Origin: Hormoscilla sp.
Lineage (GTDB): Bacteria; Cyanobacteriota; Cyanobacteriia; Cyanobacteriales; Desertifilaceae
Direction: 5' to 3'
Length of the DNA: 21,265 bases
Assembly (NCBI GenBank): GCA_051439505.1
Contig: JBFRWI010000067.1
Span: 1 to 21,265, forward strand
Shown: piece after piece, positions 1-8,000 of the stretch
How positions within the stretch are numbered: the first letter of the stretch is position 1
Layout: every line of letters starts with the position of its first letter
Program-made: the position numbers and the translations under genes
Notes under the pieces: model-generated
Told to the model about the DNA's origin: nothing
The model's database searches: none
What the model saw: only the letters and a program-made list of their open reading frames with translations

Positions 1-1
1 A

Positions 2-79
2 GGATCCCCCCCAAACCCCCCCTTCCAAAAGGGGGGGCGAAGGCAAGCCCCCCTTTCTAAGGGGGGTTTGGGGGGATCC
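2..79. repeat. Cyanobacterial C/G-run palindromic (REP-like) element
   Basis: Terminal inverted arms GGATCCCCCCCAAACCCCCCCTT (2-24) / AAGGGGGGTTTGGGGGGATCC (59-79) enclose two internal CCCCCC..GGGGGG hairpins. Confidence 0.8.
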
Positions 80-110
80 GGCGACTGGGAGGCCGCCTGA
101 ACGATCAACG

Positions 111-249
<139 letters not shown>

Positions 250-250
250 C

Positions 251-868
251 TCATGTTGTCTCCAGAGATGACAACCAACCTTGTAGATTCTCTATCTTAC
301 TAAAATAGGTAATCCCAACTTCTCTAAAAGACTCTCGAACATCTGACTGTCCAAACGGTTTTATATTTTCACTAAAAAACGCTTTGGTTTCCTCAGAATT
401 AGCTTGCGCATGGTCCAAAATACAGCGTAAGATAAAATCATCTCTCCTTTCCTTACTGTTCTTTAATAACGGCTGGGCAAAAATTAGCTGAATATCCTCG
501 ATTTTAGGATGAATTAATTCAACCTGATTTTTAAAAATTTCAAAAACATTTTTAAAGCGGTTTTCAAGATCAACCAGCAATTTTTCATAGGCATTAATTG
601 ATTGTTGTAAAAAATCAACTACAGATTGAGAATCTTGTAATAGTTGATTGCGTTTTGCTTCATTAATTTCAATCGCGACTGCTTGACGAAAAGACTGACT
701 CCGCTTTTGCTCTCTTTCCCAAGCAACTAAAGATTCCATCAAACAAATACTGGGTATAGCAATAGTTAGATCGTCAGGAGGATTTTGCAGAATATTTTCA
801 ACTAATCCATCTCGACCTTTAGCTATTGCCATAATAAAATTGGTTTCCAGATATAAGATCATTTTCAT
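251..868 (-). CDS. PIN-domain protein (DUF4935-like PIN, putative RNase toxin)
   Basis: N-terminal MILYLETNFI strand, IAIPSICLMES, RRDDFILRCIL and FFSENIKPF match the PIN layout. The ATG at 868 overlaps the upstream stop (TAATG), so it is preferred to the track's 874 start. Confidence 0.8.
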   Translation of the reverse strand: MKMILYLETNFIMAIAKGRDGLVENILQNPPDDLTIAIPSICLMESLVAWEREQKRSQSFRQAVAIEINEAKRNQLLQDSQSVVDFLQQSINAYEKLLVDLENRFKNVFEIFKNQVELIHPKIEDIQLIFAQPLLKNSKERRDDFILRCILDHAQANSEETKAFFSENIKPFGQSDVRESFREVGITYFSKIENLQGWLSSLETT

Positions 869-1305
869 TACCAATCGAGTTCCTTTGTCATGCCATTATC
901 TAACTTTTCTAACAATCCGATTTTTTCAATTTCTGTCCTTGCTGGAGGATGGGGTGATTTCCAATGAAATGCAAAATCTCTTAGCCATGCTTGTATAAAA
1001 ACTATTAAATAAGACTGGGAAAAATTTTTTTCCTCAAATTGGGGATCGTAAAATCTTAAAATCTCCCGGGTATTGAAGCTAAAGATGACTTGAAAAGTTG
1101 CCGAATCATAAATATTGATTTTTTCGCGATTGACAAACATTAGAAAAGGAACGTGCTGATAATCCTCTAAGTGATGAATTGTCAACTCTTCAGACACAAA
1201 CAAAGGTGAATATCTGACATCGACAAACATGATTTGATTATCGTCTTCATCTAAGACCACAATGTCTGGATCGAAGTCGGCATTTTTGACAGGAGACAAT
1301 AGCAT
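868..1305 (-). CDS. Conserved cyanobacterial hypothetical protein with degenerate PD-(D/E)xK-like motif, coupled to the PIN gene
   Basis: 145-aa ORF with RBS-like GAGG upstream, PDIVVLD...IMFVDVR motif and C-terminal AWLRDFAFHWKS. Its stop overlaps the PIN start. Confidence 0.7.
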   Translation of the reverse strand: MLLSPVKNADFDPDIVVLDEDDNQIMFVDVRYSPLFVSEELTIHHLEDYQHVPFLMFVNREKINIYDSATFQVIFSFNTREILRFYDPQFEEKNFSQSYLIVFIQAWLRDFAFHWKSPHPPARTEIEKIGLLEKLDNGMTKELDW

Positions 1306-1667
1306 AAGTTGTTAACCTCACCGATCGGTACTTTTAATTCTAACCCATCCTGGCTTAAGTCGGTAACCCAACCCAACCTTATATTAAATTATAGCCAACT
1401 CTAGCGCTATTGCGATCGCCTATGAAAGTAAAGATTTGTTACAAATTTTCGGATTTGCGACCTGCGCTACCAGGAGTATTCCGCCACCTTTACCGACAAC
1501 TCCCCCAAGATCCGATCGCCCGTTGTTGCGCCCGATCGTTTTCTGGACTGCGCTTAACCCAATATAGGCAAATATTGCTCGTCGAGGGCGATCGCCTTAG
1601 ACCAACTGCAATTTTGGACTAGGCAATTACATCACAGTTAAACTAATTGTACCATAGTTTTGACAAA

Positions 1668-2231
1668 ATGATAATGGAAGTGAACGATCGCCCCCTGCTA
1701 TTCCCAATCAAAGATTTCACCGGTCCTAGCACTGCACCGGTGATTAGTAAAGACGCGCTACTGACATGGAAAAACATGGTGCTGACTTACCAGCAGCAGG
1801 AAAGAACTCAGGAAGCACCGGTGCAGCTAACCCTATTCGACTTAGGAAAATCACACCGCAATGCGGACGAAATCGACCCATTTTCCCTGATTCTACATCC
1901 CCATCAGTTCTGGCGACTACCGGTAGATGGTGGCGATGCTTGTGTTTATTTCGTACTGGACTATTCCCTGCCTCTGCTGCTGTATATTGGGGAGACCGCC
2001 CGATCGCACAAACGCTGGAAAGGAACCCACGACTGCAAGCAATATCTGGAAAATTATATCAGCTTGCACAGGCAGTACGATTTAGCAGTGGAGGTCTGCA
2101 TCAGCTTCTGGTGGGATGTCCCCACAGGGCGATCGCCTCGCCAAAAACTGGAGTCACAGTTAATTTACAAGTGGCTACCGCCGTTCAACAAGCAGTGTTG
2201 GAGTCGATGGGGACAGCCGTGCAGCAAGTGA
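1668..2231 (+). CDS. GIY-YIG nuclease family protein (cyanobacterial type)
   Basis: ACVYFVLD...LLLYIGET (GIY-YIG variant), then RW, LES and PFN motifs. The exact start is uncertain (1647/1668/1674). Confidence 0.85.
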   Translation: MIMEVNDRPLLFPIKDFTGPSTAPVISKDALLTWKNMVLTYQQQERTQEAPVQLTLFDLGKSHRNADEIDPFSLILHPHQFWRLPVDGGDACVYFVLDYSLPLLLYIGETARSHKRWKGTHDCKQYLENYISLHRQYDLAVEVCISFWWDVPTGRSPRQKLESQLIYKWLPPFNKQCWSRWGQPCSK

Positions 2232-2293
2232 GGGCGATCGCTATTCGATTGTCTATAATAGAGATATCAGAAATTAATCCGGGAGTCAAACCC

Positions 2294-2590
2294 ATGTCAG
2301 ATAGGACTATGTTAGAGACTCAAACTATCGAAGCGATGTATGAAAGAGGTGTTCTGCGTCCGCTACAAGCATTGTCGGGTTTGTCAGAAGGCAGTAAGGT
2401 GAAAATTACAATCGCCCAACCCGCCCGATCGACTGCTGATGACAATGGCACGGCGGGCGATCGACCGCACCCGCTGTTAAAGTTTGCTGGAATAATAGAC
2501 GATGCCGAAGCTGCTGAATTACAGCGTATAATTGCTGATGAATTTGGGCGCAAGGATCGATCGGTTGAGAAAATTTATCGACCAGGTTGA
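2294..2590 (+). CDS. DUF104 / AF2212-like antitoxin family protein
   Basis: TIEAMYERGVLRPLQ...LSEGSKVKITI is the DUF104 signature. GGAG RBS at 2282-2285 and TATAAT at about 2254-2259. This is the 3' part of track ORF 1766..2590. Confidence 0.8.
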   Translation: MSDRTMLETQTIEAMYERGVLRPLQALSGLSEGSKVKITIAQPARSTADDNGTAGDRPHPLLKFAGIIDDAEAAELQRIIADEFGRKDRSVEKIYRPG

Positions 2591-2639
2591 TGGTAATATT
2601 TGAGTTTCTCGAAAAGGATACATGAGGAAAGAAAACAAT

Positions 2640-2858
2640 ATGAGCAAGCTTAAGTATCAGATGGTAATTCAGTGGTCTTCAGAAGATGACTGCTTCTTGG
2701 TGGGGTTCCCTGATTTTCCCGGACAACGCTGGCGGACTCATGGTGATACTTACTCGGAAGCGGTGGCTAATGGAATAGAAGCTTTGGAATCTTTAATTAT
2801 TGCTTATGAAGCAGCAGGCGATCGCCTTCCGGAACCAACGGTTTGCCACGCGGCCTAG
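2640..2858 (+). CDS. hicB: HicB-family antitoxin (short, no DNA-binding domain)
   Basis: KYQMVIQWSSEDDCFLVGFPDFPG...THGDTYSEAVANGIEALE...LPEP is the HicB partial RNase H fold signature. An alternative start is at 2622. Confidence 0.85.
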   Translation: MSKLKYQMVIQWSSEDDCFLVGFPDFPGQRWRTHGDTYSEAVANGIEALESLIIAYEAAGDRLPEPTVCHAA

Positions 2859-2865
2859 TCTGGAT

Positions 2866-2932
2866 GCGATCGCGATCGCACCCACCGGGACAAAAGCGAT
2901 CGCACCTACCGGCACAAGGGCGATCGCCCGGG
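2866..2932. repeat. Tandem 24-bp HIP1-anchored units (CGATCGCACCYACCGG...)
   Basis: Units at 2873-2896 and 2897-2920 match the box at 3736/4757 at 19/24 and 20/24 positions. The stretch contains four HIP1 octamers. Confidence 0.8.
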
Positions 2933-2939
2933 AGAATTA

Positions 2940-3164
2940 CTAGCTAAGTTGCCCTTGCTTTGGGAGTTCTTGTTTGCTAGGGTCTAGAAGAGGCATTGAT
3001 GAGGGAATCAGTGCCGGTTGGGGACTGCGCCGGACTAGGCGATCGCGATATTGTTCTTGAAACTGGCATATATGTTGGTAAAGAAGATCCGGGTCCTGTT
3101 GACATTCGGCTTCTATTTCCAGACGGATGCGACGGATTTCTTCAATAATTGGGTCTTTCACCAT
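2940..3164 (-). CDS. Small hypothetical partner (putative antitoxin) of the upstream PIN toxin
   Basis: MVKDPIIEEIRRIR N-terminus, a type of small protein commonly encoded right after this PIN class. It starts 1 nt after the PIN stop. Confidence 0.7.
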   Translation of the reverse strand: MVKDPIIEEIRRIRLEIEAECQQDPDLLYQHICQFQEQYRDRLVRRSPQPALIPSSMPLLDPSKQELPKQGQLS

Positions 3165-3165
3165 T

Positions 3166-3648
3166 TTAACTCTCCATTAACTCTTCTGGCGTACAAATTA
3201 CTGGGGTGCGAATTGCATTTTCCGTATTGATCTTTTCAATTATCTTGATGACTCTCCCATTGGCGATGTGGGTACAGTTCCATGATACCATAAAATCAAT
3301 CCCATTCCAGGCGGCAAATGCTAAGTGATAGGCATCATATCTGGCTTTTTCTGGTATCTGAACTGCTGCAAAATAGATTTCGGCTAAGGTCCGCACTTCC
3401 AGTGTAAACTCTAATATTGTCAAATCGGAAACGCGATCGAGTCTTTTTTGTGCTGCTTGACTATCTCCCTTGGCAATGTCTTCTAAAACAATCGGGGAAA
3501 TGACTGCTTTATACTTCGGTAATGCTGTTTCCCACCAATCCCGGGTAATCTGTTGATGGGCTGCTATTACTAGATCGCGACTCTGTCTTGCTGTCAAATA
3601 ACTGATCGCACTTGTTTCGATATATACGGTTGGTCTTGGTTCTGGCAT
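3166..3648 (-). CDS. VapC-like PIN-domain toxin
   Basis: VYIETSAISYL, VISPIVLED, DAYHLAFA, MVSWNCTHI and ICTPEEL motifs. ATG at 3648 is preferred to the TTG at 3669. TATAAT lies on the minus strand at about 3684-3689. Confidence 0.9.
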   Translation of the reverse strand: MPEPRPTVYIETSAISYLTARQSRDLVIAAHQQITRDWWETALPKYKAVISPIVLEDIAKGDSQAAQKRLDRVSDLTILEFTLEVRTLAEIYFAAVQIPEKARYDAYHLAFAAWNGIDFMVSWNCTHIANGRVIKIIEKINTENAIRTPVICTPEELMES

Positions 3649-3735
3649 TCCGCAGGTGATGCAAAGCAATTAACTATCTTTCTATTATAGATGCTTTTCG
3701 CAGCAGTTAAGCTGTAGCTTTCAACAGATATTTCT

Positions 3736-3840
3736 CGATCGCACCCACCGGTCCCAGGGCGATCGGGTACTCGCCCTCGTACCGGGTTTCTTTGACTATC
3801 TCAATGAGAATGGGAAAATTGGAGTAGAAACCCGGTTTCT
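3736..3840. repeat. Composite repeat copy 1: 40-bp HIP1-type box + ACCGGGTTTC...AGAAACCCGGTTTCT REP-like element
   Basis: 3736-3775 is identical to 4757-4796. 3781-3840 is homologous to 4799-4863 and 4899-4963. Confidence 0.9.
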
Positions 3841-3852
3841 GAGCCATCGAAG

Positions 3853-4158
3853 CTACACCAAAGCGGGTTCGGGTTGAATTTGGTCGCGATAAAATTCTCC
3901 TACATATAATGGCACTGACACAGCTTGATGATTGTAAACCGTTGATACCAACTTACAGATATCCGATGCTACTTTTTGGTTAAATCGGAATGTTTCCGAG
4001 AAATCTCGGTCTCCATGGGTGATTTGAATTTCTCGATCGCCAATTTTGTCGATATCCACTGTTATGGTAAACTGTAATTGTTCGGTTCCAATTAACAGGA
4101 TAACCTCGAATGCACTCGGCTGATTCGCAAGTGCTATGGAAAGGACTTGTACCTTCAT
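3853..4158 (-). CDS. Hypothetical protein, putative immunity/antitoxin of the C39 protease
   Basis: 101-aa ORF whose start overlaps the protease stop (ATGA at 4155-4158), indicating translational coupling. Confidence 0.7.
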   Translation of the reverse strand: MKVQVLSIALANQPSAFEVILLIGTEQLQFTITVDIDKIGDREIQITHGDRDFSETFRFNQKVASDICKLVSTVYNHQAVSVPLYVGEFYRDQIQPEPALV

Positions 4159-4673
4159 GATCTTCTCAAGTAAACTCCTTGTTGATTCCAGTATTGCAGA
4201 AAGTCATCTCTATTCATCTTATATTTTGTTCCTTGCCCTCGTGGATCTCGAATCATGACTTTTCCTGTCTCATCGATACCATCGACAATGACTACATGAC
4301 CCATGCGGGCACCAGATTCCCAAAGTACAGCCGCCCAAGATCCTGTAGCATTCAAGGCATCCAGGAGTTGGGACTCTGTTGCCCCCGGAATGACTAACTC
4401 GCCGCCTCCCCACAATCGAGAGACTTCTTCGTCGAGGCTGTTAAGGACACGGGCAAGACTGCTGGCATCTGCGGGTACTCCAGTCTCTGAAGCAATGACA
4501 GCCTGAGAAATATTTATGCTGCGATCCCTAAGCAACATTTCTGCACAGGCGGGTCCACAAGATAAATCGTTTTGCTGCGGTACAACCTCTGGGTCAACAA
4601 CTTCATCAATGACTGGCCAATTACCACCTGCACCGGAAAGGGCAGATGTCTCTGCTGGTTGATTTGGATTCAC
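4155..4673 (-). CDS. Stand-alone C39/papain-like cysteine peptidase
   Basis: QQNDLSCGPACAEMLL (oxyanion Q + catalytic C), GHVVIVDG (H) and IRDP (D). GTG start, no signal peptide, no ABC domains. Confidence 0.85.
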   Translation of the reverse strand: MNPNQPAETSALSGAGGNWPVIDEVVDPEVVPQQNDLSCGPACAEMLLRDRSINISQAVIASETGVPADASSLARVLNSLDEEVSRLWGGGELVIPGATESQLLDALNATGSWAAVLWESGARMGHVVIVDGIDETGKVMIRDPRGQGTKYKMNRDDFLQYWNQQGVYLRRS

Positions 4674-4756
4674 TCTTGCTTACTGGTTTTAATGATTATA
4701 GCCGATCCTATTATCTCATGTTTGGGCGATCGCATCTCTTCTCCTAGCAACAAGCC

Positions 4757-4963
4757 CGATCGCACCCACCGGTCCCAGGGCGATCGGGTACTCGCCGGAG
4801 AAACCGGGTTATATGAGCTATCTCCATGGGAATGCGAAAATCTTCTGCAGAAACCCGGTTTCTGGCGCGATCGCGATCGGGGGGCGGCCCGCCAGTCGAG
4901 AAACCGGGTTATATGAGCTATCTCCATGGGCATGGGAAAATATGGAGCAGAAACACGGTTTCT
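4757..4963. repeat. Composite repeat copy 2: 40-bp box + two tandem REP-like elements (100-bp period)
   Basis: Box at 4757-4796. AGAAACCGGGTTATATGAGCTATCTCCATGGG...AGAAAC(C/A)CGGTTTCT occurs at 4799-4863 and 4899-4963. Confidence 0.9.
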
Positions 4964-5051
4964 GGGAAGAGCGCGAAATACCGGTTTGGTTTCGCTCCCG
5001 AATGCTACTACAGCTTAATTGGCAATGGGAGAGGCGATCGTCCCATGCTAT

Positions 5052-8000
5052 CTACTCACTCAACAGACTGTTCAGCACTTCCTCGGTGAAGGGATTTTCG
5101 CCAGCGCGGAGGGCATCTATCCAGCCTTGCCGTCGCAGTTTCCACTTCTCGAATTGTACTTTTTGATCTTCAGTCTGAGGGTCAGTATTGTCAATCCAGT
5201 CTATAAATGCCTGAAAATCGTCAATTGCGCCTTCTGTATCGCCAGTTAACGCTCTGGCAAGACCTCGACTATCCCACCAGTAGCCACTTTCTGGCTGAAG
5301 TTCTACTGCTTTTTCACAGTAATCGATCACCTCAGCAGCATGATTATACAGGCTACCATTCCAGCACAGAGCATTCCAAGACTCAGCAGAAATTATAGCT
5401 GGGTTGAGCTTCTGCACTTCTGCATAAGCTGAGATTGCTTGTTCTATTTTGTCTTCTCTTGCAAGCTTTATTCCCTCCTCAAGTTTAGCAGGCGCCGCTA
5501 GGAACCGTGCCTTCCTCTCTGGGTCAAACTGCAAGCGAGGATTCTGTCTCAGCGCTTCTCGGAATTTTAAAATTGCACCATCAATATTGCCAATTCTTGC
5601 CAACTCTTCTCCTTCTGGAACCAAAGTTGAGATTCCATTACAGAGGTTGCGTTCATCCTGGCTGAGGTTAGCATGAGGGTTGCGAAGGTAATCATCCACC
5701 CAATTGCAGGCATAAGCAAGCAAAGAATTAAGATCCAAATTCCATAAAAATACTGTTCCGTCGCTAGTACCAGCAGCTAGCGTTTTGCCATCTGAACTGA
5801 AACTCAAGCCAGTAATTACTTGACTGTGCTGAAGTTTTTTAATTAACTGACCCTCCAATGTCCATAGCTTTACAGTTTTGTCGTAACTAGCAGTGGCAAT
5901 AAGCTTGCCATCGGGGCTAAAAATTACATCTGATATACTAGCGCTATGTCCCCTCAGCGTTCTCAGTTCTTTACCTTCACGACTCCAAAGCTTTACTGTC
6001 TTATCCTCACTAGCAGATGCCAATATTTGACCGTTGGGACTGAAGGTTACAGCCGTGACAGTAGCATTGTGTTGCAGGGTGGCAATCAATGTACCATCTT
6101 GTTCCCAAAGTTTTACGGTACCGTCATAGCTAGCAGAAGCCATTATTTCGAGATCGGGACTAATGCTAAAATCCTTGACATATTCACTATGGAGAGTAGT
6201 TTTTATACCGATATTATCTTCTTGGTTATACTTGCGGCGATCCTTGCGGGAAAGCCGGATAGTTTTTTCTAGAGTGCCATCAATATTCCATAATTTTACC
6301 TCTATATTATCAACGGAAATTATTTTTTTACTATCTTTGCTGAAAATTAAATTTGAGACATAACCAACATGACCGTTTAGAACCTTGAGTTGTTTACCCT
6401 CACGGCTCCAGAGTGTGACTCGATCTCCAGCAGCAACAATCATTTGACCGTCAGGACTAAAAGCCACACTATGACACGCACCACTATTCTGAATCGTTTT
6501 GAGCAGCCTGCCGTCTAAACTCCATAATTTTACCGTATTATCATAACTAGAAGAAACTATAGTTTGTCCGTCAGGACTGAATCTTACTTTTGATACAATG
6601 CCATCATGTCCCTGGATTGTTTTAATTTCTCTCCCATTTAGGCTCCAGAGTTTAATTGTGTTGTCATGTCCGCCAGACGCAATTATTTTACCATCTGGAC
6701 TGAAACTAACGGAAGATATCAAATCATTATGCCCCTTAATTGTTTTAATTTCTCTCCCATTTAGGCTCCAGAGTTTAATTGTGCTGTCACTCCCACCTGA
6801 CACTATCATCTGACCGTCAGGGCTGAAACTGGCATCTAATACAGTATCACCATGTTCGATAGTTTGAAGCAACTGACCATCCAAGCTCCAGAGTTTTATC
6901 TTGCCATCCCGCCCCGATGTGGCGATAATTTTTCCTTTAGGACTGAAATTTATGCTTGTTGTACTACGATGAGGCGAGAAGGTTTTGAGCAATGTTCCAT
7001 CTAAGTTCCATATTTTGACAATCCTGTCTCGATCTAATGTAGCAATCATTTTTTTATCGGGACTGAAACTAACACCTTCTATGCCACGATGCCCTTCTAG
7101 AATTGCGATTTGCCTGCCTTCAATGCTCCTAACTATAACAGTGTCAATTAAAGGGCTAGTCTCGTTGTGAGAATGGCTAGTCCAAGCGACACTATGTCCA
7201 TCAGTATTAAATTCAACATCACCACACACACTGCCACCATTTAATGTTGCGAGATATTTACCATCCCGGCTCCAAAATTTTATATCGCTCCAATCCGATG
7301 TCGCTATTATATTACTGTCAGGACTAAAATTTACAACTTGACTTGGAGGAGGTATTACTGCTCCCATATTCGGCCTCATAGCTTCGCTAACTCTATTGTA
7401 TACATAAGGAATCTCGCTTTTCTGCAAGATGCTAAGTAATATGCCGTTATGACTCCAAAGCTTTATAGTTTGATCCCTGGATGATGTAGCAATTATCCGA
7501 TCGTCCGGACTGAAATTTATATGCTCGACCCTGTTATTATGCCCCTGAATTACTGGAAATAAAGGTCTGTTGAAACTCCAGATCCGAATAGTGTTGTCAT
7601 AGCCGCTAGAAACCAATGTTTTACCATCATAGCTAAAACTCACATAACTAGCTGGACCGTCATGTCCCTGAAAGGTTTCTAACAAGGTGCCATTTCGACT
7701 CCATAGCTTCACTGAACCATCTTCTGCTGCTGTGGCAATGACTTGGCTGTCAGGGCTAAACCTGAGACTAACAATTTCGTTCACAGCTGCGCTATTGTGT
7801 TCCAGAATTTGGAGTAGATTACCATCTCGACTCCAAAGTTTGATTACTCCACGGCTGTTACCTGATGCTACAATTTGACCGTCAGGGCTGAATATGACGC
7901 TGATTGCACTTTCATGAGGGATAGTTTGTAGCAATTCACCCTCTAAGCTCCAAAGATAAATTTTTCCGCCCCAATGAGCTGTAGCAATAGTTTGACCATC

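Noticed and set aside
1410..1622. 70-aa ORF in the intergenic gap
   Set aside because: TTG start, no RBS, no recognisable motif, and rich in HIP1-derived codons.
1766..2293. 5' two-thirds of the 274-aa ORF 1766..2590
   Set aside because: It overlaps the GIY-YIG gene out of frame and has no protein-like motifs. Only the part from ATG 2294 (own RBS, DUF104 signature) is credible.
4799..4963. 100-bp-period repeats as CRISPR or IS ends
   Set aside because: The 65-bp units have terminal inverted arms typical of a dispersed REP-like family. There is no transposase and only two tandem copies.
4572..5166. Several short ORFs over the REP-like repeats (e.g. 4670..4933, 4813..5166, 4826..5089)
   Set aside because: They are translations of repeat DNA (QKPGF/RNPVS/ETGL) with no coding evidence.
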